Assembly: GCA_040954595.2 (NCBI GenBank)
Contig: CM082591.2
Coordinates: forward strand, 8,710,293-8,774,292
From: Balanoglossus misakiensis
Lineage: Eukaryota; Animalia; Hemichordata
Direction: 5' to 3'
Length of the DNA: 64,000 nt
The notes beneath the pieces were generated by a model. The model was not told the origin of the DNA. It ran no database searches and was given only the letters and a program-made list of their open reading frames with translations. Positions 39,111 through 51,587 of this stretch are shown one piece after another (the stretch's first letter is position 1; the number at the start of each line of letters is the position of its first letter). Both the position numbers and the translations under genes were made by a program.

Positions 39111-41269
39111 AATTTAAATTTGCTGCAAATTTACGTGGACCTCACAGCAATTGGTTAAATGCTATGTGGCTCGCTCCTGACGGGGTTAACAGTCTGGCTG
39201 AACATATTTAGTGCATGACATTAAATTTTAGCCTTTGAGTCGCTTTGTGTCCACACACACAAAGTTTAAGCATAGACCATGACAAACTTGAATTCTGCGT
39301 GAAAGAATATAGCTTTTGTTTTGTCTCTACTCAATTGAAATTGAGAAAATAAAGCATCTCAAGTTGATCTTAATTGGTTTGTCTTGCTTCACATTTTTGA
39401 GGTAAGCCTTACTATTTTTTAAGTGAAAACTCATGCCAGAAGAAGTGCTGCGTGAAGTGTTATTGTTGTCACTATTACTTCTGAACTTTGTGGGATAACC
39501 AAGCAATTTATAAATACATAACATAACAATGCACTGTAATATTTAGGCTGCATAATTTTGCATGTCGATTATATATGCATGTACATGCATGGCAGTTATC
39601 AAGCATGTACATCATGCTTAAGCATGTACATGTATGAAGCAAGATCAACTATGTATATGCAAATATTTTTCCAGCAATGTACAGGTTTATGATTAAGCAT
39701 GTATATGAAAATGTTCTTAGCATGTACATGCTTATTGTACAATCTCATTTAAATAATTCAGCCTATATACATGTCACATGCTTGTAAAGTCCATAGATGA
39801 TTGCAGAAAGCATGTACAGTCTTAACGTACAAATTACCAGTCAAGTAACATGTACAGGCTAATACCTGACCACTAAATACATGCTTAAAACAGGCATGCG
39901 AGTTTTGTAAGGGATGACATACATGTACTGTCTTTGTAAGCAAAATCAAAAAATGTTTAGACTAATGAAACTTACTTTAGCTGCTCCATAAACAATGGCA
40001 TTAGAGTCTTCTGTCATGACGCCATAAACTTTGCCACACATCGACAAACAGACCATCTGGGCATCTGCCTCATATGGTGCAACTATGTAGTCAATTTTAT
40101 GTTCACCAAGACTCTATAAAAACAAATAAATGCGACAAAAATTCTCTGTGAAAATGTGTAGCAATACTGTGATTTTAACAATGATACACTTATTGTTGAA
40201 AGTTAGCCATTTATTTTTTATAAAACAACTAGTTGTTCAAAGCAATATGAAATATTTTTACCTTGATTACTTTTTGTACCATTGCTTCGGTGATTTTGGC
40301 ACTGGCAAGAAAATGTCTCTGGGAGTCGCAGTAGTTTTTCTGCTCCCACATTCTGTAATGAAAGTTCACGTTGCCTGGGCAAAGCATAGAAATCAGTTAG
40401 TGAATTGACATAAGACACCATACTTAAGAAATATATACAACAGCAGCAAATCAGTGAAATTGGACATTTTGATGCAAAAACGAATCTCTTTACCTTTTAC
40501 GTTTGTTATTTTTGATTTGCTTGGGGGAATATGATTGTCCAGCAAACACAACCAGTGGCTTGATTCTGAGGTTTTTAAATTTCAGAACCACCTTTAGGAA
40601 ATATTTTATGTATCTAGTGTAACCAAAAAATGTTAAAAAATAACATTGTACATAAAAAAATAATGACATAATAACAAGCTACAAAATTACCAGACAGTGA
40701 TTCTTGACATGAGGAAAACCCTCTGCAGTAACTCTGTCACTAGACAGTGATTAACATAACAATGACAAAGTGTGGCTTATATTTGCACTCCAATAAACAA
40801 CCAACATCTTTCTATACAATTTCTGTGTTGACCAAGACGTTCACATTTCAGTTATAATCTCCCAAATGGCGGTTTTCCACCAACGTTTGGGGGATTACTA
40901 CGTACAAAGCTGGCCTGGTTTGGCATGATTAACAATGGTCCCACATAATAAATTAAAAGCAAATCATAATGACAAATGTATAAACAAATAAAAATTTAAT
41001 TCAATAAAGATATATTAAAAATATAATTGTACCTGTCTGTTGGCAAGTTCATTGCTAGCTCTCTTGCACAGCCACAGGAACCTTTATGCAAAAGCATGGA
41101 AGCGTCCACTGCCAGTGTCTTTCCACTAAATTTCTGCAGCTGCACATGACCTGTTGCCGTATTTATTTGGCTGTATAGGTTCTTAATCCCCATCGCGTAT
41201 TTCGACCTATGTACACAAGTTATTATTATTAATATTATTACTACTCCTATAGGTGGTGTTGTGGTTGAT

Positions 41270-41510
41270 TTGCAATGTGGAAGCCTCAGGCCAAGCAAGA
41301 TGCCACAAGGTATACTGGCAGTCATTTCTATGGAAAATGCATGATGCTTGAGTTGAAGCATCGACATGAATATCAGTGATGGCCTGGGGTCAATGAATTT
41401 GTGTGTACCATTGAAGTATGTCAGGTAATTCAGCCACCATTCTATGTCAAGTTGGAAGTCACAGGAAAGAAGCACTTTGTGGGATGGAGACGGAGATGTG
41501 AAGCAAGTTC
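41270..41510 (-). mobile_element. DIRS/Ngaro retroelement RT-RNaseH fragment
   Basis: KVLLSCDFQLDIEWWLNYLTYFNG resembles the DL.WW..FL...NG motif of tyrosine-recombinase retroelements. Confidence 0.6.
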
Positions 41511-42227
41511 TGGCTGGTGTTGTCAGGAAGTAAGACAGAGGTGTAGCTGTTGTTGGAGTGTTAGTGTTCATGCTTGTAGCATATGAGAATGGACTTACTT
41601 TTAAATGCGTTGTTACAGGTACACTGGCTTGTTCAGCTTCGGAGATTGTACAAACAGTAGGTAGTTGAGCTTGCAGCAGTTAGATACACGCAGACCTGGA
41701 TACACACACCATAGACCCCAGAGACTCTTCGGTCTATGCACAGACATACACGGCAGGCATACAAGGGAAGCGCATATAACCGGAAGTGAACGGGCTGATG
41801 TCTCGCAAGAGAATGAAAGCCTGAGGCTGATATGGTTACGATTCACCGCTAGAGGGCGTTTGCGTTGCAGACACCGCCTGCACGTACCCATACTTCCAAC
41901 AGAAATCAATTTTCAAGAGTACTGCTTCCACACGATTGCATGATCTACCATATCTGTGCAATACAAAGCAAAGAGAGAGCATTTGTTAAATATTAAACTA
42001 CTTTGGTTGGTTAATTTGAGAACTTTTAGACAAATATGTGGCACAAAGAGAAATATTGAAACACATAAAATTATTTAGACTAATATTAACAACAATAATT
42101 GGATAAAACTAAATTATTCTGCAGTTTTTATATTTGAGTTAGTATAAACTATTTATCAGAGTCATTTTATTTTTATTGATACTAGTAAGTAGAATTTAAA
42201 ATTTCAAAATGTTGATATAGCTACATA

Positions 42228-42441
42228 GATTTAATATTTTCATGAAAATCATGAGTGATTTTAACCTATTTTGAAAAAAAATTTAATGACATTTTTCTAC
42301 AAGAGATAAATTAAAAATATAGTTTTAGTCACACTGTCAACAATACCTGCCAGCTGGTGTTCATATAGAATATAAAATGAAGAAGTGTTTTTTTTCAAAA
42401 TAGGTTAAAATCACTCATGATTTTCATGAAAATATTAAATC
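42228..42441. repeat. 54-bp perfect inverted repeat (42228-42281 / 42388-42441)
   Basis: gatttaatattttcatgaaaatcatgagtgattttaacctattttgaaaaaaaa and its reverse complement. Confidence 0.9.
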
Positions 42442-42787
42442 AAGCACTACCGATGTCATCACATTTAAACTTTCCGGTAGATCAATAAACGAGTCTTGAC
42501 CATGAGGACCTCACGGTTTTGTACTGTAAACAGTAGTCATGTACGTACTGGCATTTAAGGTATCACTCATCAAATAATTCCTTGTCATATTAATATCCTC
42601 GTCAACATAATTACATGTCTGCTATCTACCACCACACAAACCGATTACGTGCCTAGCTTCACTATTCACAGCCGTACGTATCACTGTTACCGATCAGGCC
42701 TAAAGAAATACGCGTCGGCAAAAAAGTTATGAAAGTCGCCGAAAATTCGAGTGACAATGCGAGATTCGACTCGAAATGCCTTGAATG

Positions 42788-43140
42788 GCACACTAAATGT
42801 GTCATTCAATGTAAAAACTCACCTCAAAAGTTCGTTTTCACTGTGATTCCCATAAAAATCGCCTCAGCAACGTCTTAGATCTGATCTGTCAGCTGACCTA
42901 AAGTTTTACCTTTTGACCCCGTGACCTCGCGCAGAGCGTCATGGGTATCTGGAACTGGCGCACTAAATTTGTCATTCAATGTAAAAACTCACCTCAAAAG
43001 TTCGTTTTCACTGTGATTCCCCAAAAAATCGCCTCAGCAACGTTTGTTTACAATGTCTGCTCTGATCTGCTACGCTGACCTGAAGTTTTACCTTTTGACC
43101 CCGTGACCTCGCGCAGAGCGTCATGGGTATCTGGAACTGG
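42788..43140. repeat. ~170-180-bp tandem duplication in a CpG-rich, promoter-like region
   Basis: cactaaat.tgtcattcaatgtaaaaactcacc...gggtatctggaactgg occurs twice. Confidence 0.9.
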
Positions 43141-43579
43141 AAACGCGCGAGATTTGTATACAAGTATGGCGGGCGCTCTGCGACCTTGGATACACCGTGT
43201 TCGAAATACGGACTTGAGAGAGGGCTCTCTAGGACCTTGGAATCTGAAATGTGTAAGTAATCGTTTTCCTAGATGTTTATTTGTTGCAATGAACGTGGTT
43301 TGCGGCTTGCAAGAGTAAATTTCAGATAAAAGGATATCGAACTTGTTCAGTCTGACTTGATGTTCCAGCAAACGAGTGTTTCCATGTAAAGCCCAGGGTA
43401 AAGACTTAGTAAAGGAGCGTGAAAAGGGCCTTACAGGTTTTGAACAGTCATGAAACTTTACAGGTCGTGGCACATATATGTAAGAAATGTGTGTGCCAAG
43501 TGTGAAGTCTCTATTTTTATTGGACCGGAATTCGTCCCAAAATGTATGGAGGCATGTCACGTCGCTGTCAAATATCACA

Positions 43580-46500
43580 TTTATAAACCCTAAATAGAGT
43601 TGATATACTGTTTAACCAGATAAATAATTTAGCTTTGCTGCAAAGGAATATGGCTGTTACTGTAGTACAATGTAAAATACATTGCATTTCTCACTGTAGA
43701 ACTTCATAAACAAAGCATGATCTCATACAGTAGAACACATGGATGAGAGTAAATGTACTCCAATGAGACATAAGATTTTTTTTCATTGCAATATTTCACT
43801 TTTTAAAAAAAAATTGCAGGATTTTTTCACTGTACTGATATTCCTTTAATTTTTGGCCATTTTGTCATAAATAAGTATTTCTTGATATACTATCAGGCAA
43901 TATCATTTATTAGACTGAAGTATAAGCATATCAGAGGTTATTTAAAGCTTAACTGTTTTTATCAAGTTGGAGCTCATGGAGCTTTTATGTATATACCCCA
44001 CATTCTATATGAAAGCTTGAACTGTATAAACACAGATTATAATGTATTCTCTGAACTACAATTTATATTGAAATGTACATTAAAATGTACTAGATATTTG
44101 GGTGTTTCCAAATGAGTATATACAATCCTGAAACACCAGTATACATATACATGTATCTGTATCTTGGACAAAGATACACCTATTAAAAATGTTCGAGCAG
44201 AATGTCTCAGCAGTCAACATGTGGTTGTTTTCTGTGATTTTAAGATTTGTTTACAAAGGATGGACAGAATAAACATTGGCAAAATTTTAGACAAGGATTA
44301 TCATGCATAAAGTTACCACCATTTTTAAAATTCAGGACACACCTACAGTCTCCTATTCCTATACGAACACCATGAGAAGGAAACTGTTCCATTACAACAG
44401 AGACTAACTTTGCATGAGCATATTGTCATTAAACACAACTCAGACTATATTTTTCAATAATGGTGCCAAGTGTAAATGATAAGAATGCCGAACTTCCTGT
44501 TACCTTTCTATATATTCATATGGAGCTGTGTTTATGCAATCTCTACAAAATATGATGTAAAAGTTTGTAGTGTTCAATGTGTCTAACTCAGACAGTCAAC
44601 GTGCACACACAGCTATTCCATCTACTTCCACCACTGCGCCATCTGATACTGGAGCCATATTCAAAGTGTATTTTCGATCATGATGTCCACTGTAACTGAA
44701 GTCGGTCTGCTTGACATAATTGATGTTTCCCACAAGCTATTACAATGATATTATTCAGCTGTTTGATGAACTTGGTGCAGGTTGGAACAAATTAGACAGG
44801 GCTACCGCGACCAAAACGGTGTGAAAAAGTAGGTAAATAGGGTTAAGTAAAAAATTAAATGAAACAATTTCTTTTTCTGTCTTTTTAAAAATCCATAATC
44901 AAAAGATCTTTCTATGCTTACACTTCTACTTTATTGCTAAATAAACTAGTCTTCAATTGTTTTAGCAGTACAAAGATTTTAAGAAGTCAAAAAACAGTCT
45001 GTTCCAATTTTGATTTGCCGTACGCTTCTCTAGCCTAATGACTGAGATAGTAGAGTTTCAAAATCGCATTTCCAAAGAATGCTGTGACAGAATTTGTCAA
45101 TAAAGATTTCAGTTTGTGTGCATTCATTGACGTGATGTGTATTTTCCATCTGCACACATACGTTGCACTGCATATTTTGACTAATTAGTGTGATGTAATG
45201 CTATTTAAGCAAGATTATGATTGAGTAGAAACTAATATGCATATTCGACTTGCAGATGGTGCCTTGTTCTTGTACTGGTATATTTACATTTGAAATCATT
45301 TGGGCTTTGACGTTCTTGACGCATGGAGCAAAATTTTATTCCAAATTTTTGCTTTCAAACAAGTAAATATCAGGAAAAACTTGCAGTAAGTGAGTGTTTG
45401 TACTCCCGCTTACCATTTTGAAAACCAACGGAAACCCACTTCGGGAAAATTCTGAAATTGCAGTTAGACCACAGGGAGTGATGCTGTGGAGCGAAATAAA
45501 TCCAAACTGTAATCCTAAAGGTTGAATAAATTCTAACCCTAACATGTCAACAAGTGTGACCATATTTGTAAATAAATAAACACATAAATAAATGAATAAT
45601 AAGCCAACCTGTTGCACTGTTAAATTATAGAGATTTTGCAGCTTTTTCAGCCTTTTTTCAATCTCGAAGATATTGATTCTACGCTTTGCTAATATTTCTT
45701 ACCTAGGCCCCCCATACACACCACACAGTAACATGTTGTTTGTGGGCTTCGTGTCGACTTTGCTATGGTCATCATGGTGGTGGTACCATAACACACTACA
45801 GTATAACTTTTGAGACAGGCAATTTTAAGGCAACGTGATAGCGAAGAAACTGACCAGTCGTGACTGTTAGATAGGGGATTTGATTGCATGATTTATCAGA
45901 ATTGTAATTGCTGTTAGATTTTTTAGCATTATGACTGTTATAAGCTACCAGTGTCTGCTATGTCCCGATGTTGGCATGTGGCACAAGGATAATAAGTGTA
46001 TCAGATGATAAATACCAAATTATCTTAAGCCTCAATGTATGGATTACTTGGCCACATGATTGCACATCCTGTATATTTTGAATAATACGTGGCATATGCT
46101 AAAGCTGTTTTATGAATGGTTACTAATACTGATTTCTTTGCCTATTTGATTCACAGGTGCTGCCTCAAATCGTCTGCAGTTGCTGTCATGCCCAGTCTAC
46201 GCTACGGTTGGCATATACTTCTGCCACCAAGCCATGAGGTATACTGACAGCCACGTTTGAAACATTTATGTATACTGATATTCAAAACTTAAATGTCAAG
46301 GTATGCTTTATAATTGCTACAAATATACATTTTTGTGGTAATCAGTTTTATGAAGAGTGAGTTGGATCAAATGAAAGTTTTCTTTTTTCACAACAACCTT
46401 AAAGTAATCCTTGTACAGTGTTACATAGATGCCAAGTGCGTGTACATGTTCTGTTGTTTACAGATATTTCAGTTTCACTTATCACTTGATTTCCATGTTT

Positions 46501-47870
46501 TGGTATACCCATGTAAACCTTCTTTACTGCAGTACTGATGTAAATTGAGTTTCAAGATTTCTGTTTCAAAGAACGCTGTGACACATTTCCCTGATGAGTT
46601 TTCCACTGTTGTGCATTATCATACCACAGTCTGACCCGACATTATACCATATTTAGCATATTTTCAGTAATTATTATGGCAGAATTCTATAGCAAGGTTA
46701 TGATTGGTAACTAATTAATATGCATATATTTAATTCACAGTCTTAAAATTAAATGTCAGCATTTAAACTTGTGAGGAGGAGGAGAAGAATAAGACGCTGG
46801 CCACATCGAAGATCACTTTCTGGTGAGCACAACTTGTGGTATAATAATAATAATAATAATTTTTACTGTCATATTTAATTGCTATTGCACACACAAAGAA
46901 ATGTGTTGTGGTGTTTCAAGATAAAAAAGAACATTACATTACAGAAAAGGTTCGAGAAAAACGTACAAACAGAATGAAAAGAACAGTGTCTAGGTATAAC
47001 GCAACAACTTCAGATATGCGGAATGAAAAAATCTATGGGAGACGAGATTGATGAACTTTCACAGCACATGGTTAACCATCATGTAACATGTGAATTGCAG
47101 TAGGGAAAAAGCTGTTCAAGTGACTGATTTGAGCTCCATAGCTAGTTAATGCTAAAATGTGTTGTCCAAGGTATGAGTGGTTTTTGCACTATAATTTGCA
47201 ACAGAAATAGACACTGAGCACCAGCCCACCCTCCCCACTTGCTGACTTGTATGTATGTATGTAGGAATTTTATCAGAATTATTAGGCCCATTTGGTATAT
47301 GTATTTATACCACGGGACCTTATGGCGATCAGTTTCACCTGTATGTATGTATATATGGATGTATGTCTGTATGTCCGTTCACATCAAACGCTTGGAAACC
47401 ACTAGCATATCACCTTGATATTTAGTGTGCAGATGCAGGCAGGGCTGTAGATGGGAGTTTGTCTAATAAGATGGGAAAATGTAAAATTTGTCAAAACTCA
47501 GAAAATCGACAATCTCATATGTACTTTTAATTATGTCTATTAAATGATATTTCATGATAATAGATCAAGCTCAACACTTATTTATGACAAAATGGCCAAA
47601 AATTAAAGAAAAACGAAAATTCCTATAATTTTTAAAAAAGTGCAATATTGCAATGAAAAAAGAAAATATAATGTCCTAGCGGTGTACATTTACTTCCATG
47701 AGCTCAAGTGGACGAGATCATGTTTTGTTTATGAAGTTTCATAACCGGAAATGCAACTTTTTCATTGTTTCTTGCATTTTCCCACAGTGGCTGCCATAAT
47801 CGCTTGCGGCAAAGCTTTATTATTTATCTGGTTAAAACTTGCATATGCACTCATATTTAGAGTTTATAAT
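43580..47870. repeat. Degenerate ~300-bp inverted repeats (43580-43880 / 47575-47870), probably an old TIR element or two MITE copies
   Basis: e.g. ttaatttttggccattttgtcataaataagt vs acttatttatgacaaaatggccaaaaattaa; tttaaccagataaataa vs ttatttatctggttaaa. Confidence 0.7.
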
Positions 47871-49169
47871 GCTTGTGTATAGTTCACTGCCTTCATCTGC
47901 ATGGACTAATGGCAGTACAATTTGAAACAAAAATTATGATAATTATTCCCAAAGTTGCAGCTTATGTGCCTGTAAAGTATATGGTCATTGTGACACAGAC
48001 CAAAGAGTCTGAGTGTTTTATTAAAAACATCAAAATTATACAATTTTTATGTGGTATGTCATTGTGTATGTATGTGTACATGTAACGTTTATGCATGGAC
48101 ATACATGTATGTCCATGGTTTATGTTGTCCCCAAAATATACAAAATGTCCCCAAAAGTAAATAGTGTGGGGGGGGGGGGGACACAGTGTCCCCTGTTATA
48201 AAATTCCTGGCTGCAACACTGCAGCTGACTTCTTTGAAATTTAGTATGAAGCTACCTATAGGTGATCTGAGTTACCGTAATTTTGTTTAAATTGAGCGAT
48301 TTAATTGGTTTTTCTTTCATCTGAAAGCGCTCGTCTGATTACTTTCAATTTTGTTGGCATGTTCCTATGGGTAACCCAAGTATGATGTTGTAAATAATGG
48401 GGTGAAAATTGCGTGCTTGTGTTATTGGGGAAATTATGAGACCGCTTGTCAGATTGCTTTGAAATTTGGTAGTCATGTAGTGTTTGAAGTAAGATATTGG
48501 ACAATTTTGGTGATATTTGCATATTTTTTTTGCCACTTTGAACAAATATTGTTTTTCTCTAAAATTGCTTGTCGGATTTCTTTGAAATTTGGTAGGAATA
48601 ATTTTTCTGTGATTGCTTTGGAATTTGGGATACAAGTTCATAACACTATATGTGCAACTTTTATTACCTTTGAACACTGAGCTCCCCAGGGTAATATGAC
48701 CTTAACCTCCCAGGTATATCCTGAGCTCCCCAGGGGGGTCTTGTCTGAAATATCATTTCTTTCTGAAATCATATTTGTATGCCCTTATGTATTTTTTAAG
48801 AGGTGTAAACATTAGTCAAGTCGAAAATTTCCAAACCCTAAGAATGTTCTTTCCTATGATTTTTTTCCTGATGGGCCCCTAGAACTATTTCAGCTTAGTT
48901 GCCAAAATGGCACTGTTGGTCATTTCTTCTAATTTGCATGATCAGAAATGGCCACCGAAAGACCTCCTCTAAAATTAAATTTTGCCCTTTTTTCTCAAAA
49001 TGATGTGAAGAATCTAATTTTCAGGATTCGCATTCATATGGGTACCTTAAACAATACAACTGTATTGCAAGTATGGCAGTGTTGGGTAACTTTTCTCATT
49101 TGCATAATCAAATATGGCCGCAAAACACTACTAAAGGTGAAATTTTGCCACGTTTCCTGAAATGATGCG

Positions 49170-49823
49170 TAATATTTAAATAATAACACATGATAGCGAG
49201 GGCAATATCACGATTTGAAGCCTGCACGAGGGATGGTGATCTCTGACCATAATATTGATGATGCCCGAGTCGCAGGCGAGGGTATAATCAATATTGTGGT
49301 CAGAGATCACCAGCCCGAGGGCAGGCTTCAAATCGTGATGTTGCCCGAGCATAATGTGTTATTAATTTTATTACGCCGAACATTTGAACGTACATACACT
49401 GCAGCATGTAGCATGTAGACTCGCGTCCATATGTCGTACGTTGCTGAGAATGTAAAATGTCTCAATCTCCCAAGAATTATACGATACCTACTTCGAACTT
49501 AGATTATTTTGAAAATACTGCGCTGTTGGTTGCGATTTTGGTGTATTTACTGCCCGTTTGCAGTAAAATATCATCCAGTTGAACAGGTGTTAAGCCTGTG
49601 TGTCGCTTTGAAGCCATATAGATGCGGGAGTTGACTGATCGTGAAGGAAGCCATTGAACGACAGTTTGGAACGCGCAGAAGTCGCGCGCAGAACACCAAA
49701 ACAACCCAGCGGGCAATATCAGGGCTTTATCAACACTAGCCATGTTATATCACTTTTTTTTCTATATCACGTGAGCGCGTCTCAGCCAATCACGAAAACG
49801 GTATAATACGTGAGGTGTAATAA
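49170..49823. mobile_element. Crypton-like non-autonomous element with ~180-bp internal hairpin (49182-49362)
   Basis: aataacacat...gggcaatatcacgatttgaagcctgc / gcaggcttcaaatcgtgatgttgccc...atgtgttatt hairpin, and a cagccaatcac...gtaataa end. The superfamily is inferred. Confidence 0.55.
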
Positions 49824-50803
49824 CACATTTTAAGGACTTGCATCCATATTTTAAACAATACAACTTTATTACAAATATGGCAGTGTTGGGCAACTCTTCT
49901 AATTTGCATAATCAAAATGGAAATTGAACATTCTCTTATCAAAGCAATTAATCTGATTCTGAATCCGTTTTCCCCCCAAAACAGAACACGATAAAATTTA
50001 TTTGCCAATGGCAGTATAACATAATTAACACAAAATCTGAGATGTCCTAGGATATGTCCAATTTCTGAAAATTATATACATGTTGTAGGATGTAAAAGAC
50101 AACCTGCACTGAAAACTTGTGAACTTGGCATGGGCAGGCAGATGGCATAATAAACAGGGATGGGGGGGGGGGGGTATACATCTCCCCGTTGCCATTTTTT
50201 TGGGGGGGGGGGAAGATATCTCTAGCATGTGAGTGACATCATTTTAAAGGGCCTTGGTCCCCTCAACAGAAGGGTGTGTGCCATATGTGCTGGTAAACAA
50301 GGAAGCAAACGAAAACAATTTAAGGCCTGACTGCATAACTAGAAAGAAAACACACTGCAGACACCCATTATAATAATTTATATCAATGATAGTGATGTTC
50401 GAAAGATGCTATGATGATGTAAATTTTATGTTAATTAGATATACTCTGCCAAAAATATGATTTGTCCCCCTTTCTAACCTGCTGTGGGTCACAATGTCCC
50501 AATGCTTTGTTAACGTCACACAGTTCTGTGTGGTTTGAGCTAATAGTGTGAATTTTCTATCTTTTATGCATTTTTTGGTCTTGGTCTACATTTTGGTTAA
50601 AAATCTACTTTTCTGGAATTGATCATCCGATTTCTTTGAAATTTAGTATGAAGCTTTATTTAGGTGATCTGAGTTACCCATAGTTTTGTTCAATTTGTTG
50701 CAAAATTTGCATATTAATAGTTTTGGAGCAATTTTTGCCTTTTTTTGCCTTTTTTTGGTCATTTTTTTTCTCTCTAAAACCACTTGTCAGATTGCTTTCG
50801 TAA

Positions 50804-51587
50804 GGGGCCGTTCAATTTTTACGGCTGGGGGGGGGGGGTGGTCGGCAAAATCCAGGTCGGGGGTCACTTAAATTTTGAAATCCAAAGTGGGGGGGGTCAT
50901 CCTTTTTTTTAAACGGGGGGGGGGTGGGGTCACATTCTTTTGCCTCTGACATTTGGCTTTTGAGTCCACAAAATTGCTGTTTTGCACCCTTTATTTTACA
51001 AAATTTTCTAATGTGGGAGGGGGACACACCTTCCCCTCCATTCTTCGCCACATTTCATTTATTGGCTGGTTTGTCTAGTGTACCAGGGCAGACTACTTGC
51101 CACCCTATCCCACCCATGCTTACTTTGAGTGGAGTGGCAAAAGTAAAATTGGTCTTCCCAAACATTGAGTTAATTTGCTTTTGAGTTCATTAAAATGCAA
51201 GGGGGGGGACACCCCCTCCCACACCCACCCCCACCACTTTTCTTGTTTTACCAATTCTAGCAATTATTGTATTGACTTTTCATTTTAATTTATTCATAGA
51301 TTTCTTTATTGCAACGATATTCTATTATATACTTCAATTACTTTAAGAAATTTATAATTGAGGTGTGAGGAGCCTCATTCCCTTTATTGCATACAGTGTA
51401 CATAGGTTCAGGACGGCAATTTTTTTCGGCGTGGGGGGGGGGGTCCATTATATTTTTGGGCCTGTCAAAAGGGGGGGGGGTCATCATTTTTTGGTCCTGG
51501 GTGAAGGGGGGGGGGGGGGTCGGCCTGATTTTAAAAACTAATGACACAAACTTGCCGGGCCCCCAGCCGTAAAAATTGAACAGTCCC
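50804..51587. mobile_element. Zator/Harbinger-type MITE, TAA TSD
   Basis: taa|ggggccgttcaatttttacggctgggg ... ccccagccgtaaaaattgaacagtccc|taa; poly-G subterminal tracts. Confidence 0.85.

Larger units (their letters stand above)
35001..39913. mobile_element. Non-autonomous EnSpm-type element (CCC ends, AT TSD) in the EXO1-like intron, with nested insertions
   Basis: at|cccatacaaaactcacatgc ... gcatgcgagttttgtaaggg|at; gcatgtacatg subterminal repeats at 35010-35345 and 39575-39900. Confidence 0.8.
32808..41193 (-). pseudogene. EXO1: EXO1-like 5' nuclease domain fused to HIRAN-like C-terminal domain; 8 coding exons, 2 frameshifts
   Basis: Exons: 41193-41033 (MGIKNL..AVDAS.LHKG...PTDR); 40613-40494 (YIKYFLK..IKPLVVFAG); 40374-40262 (..ITEAMVQKVIK, frameshift); 40113-39976 (IVAPYEADAQ...TEDSN); 34952-34740 (WCDYLPSIPGVGIKRS); 34504-34317 (VPVDYVQNF..HLVFD..IVPLN); 34119-34017 (ALGLAVGN); 33619-32808 (frameshift ~33440; HSVPFKVLG..RQEIL..PD.TN..KNAIAV...W.HIGFIP.EL). 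All junctions are GT-AG and phase-compatible apart from the frameshifted exon. Confidence 0.85.

Noticed and set aside
35365-39189. piggyBac-like ttaa...ggggttaa pair
   Set aside because: The left end does not form a convincing TIR with the right end.
40996-41571. 191-aa ORF as a single gene
   Set aside because: It is a chance read-through joining a DIRS fragment, intron sequence and EXO1 exon 1.
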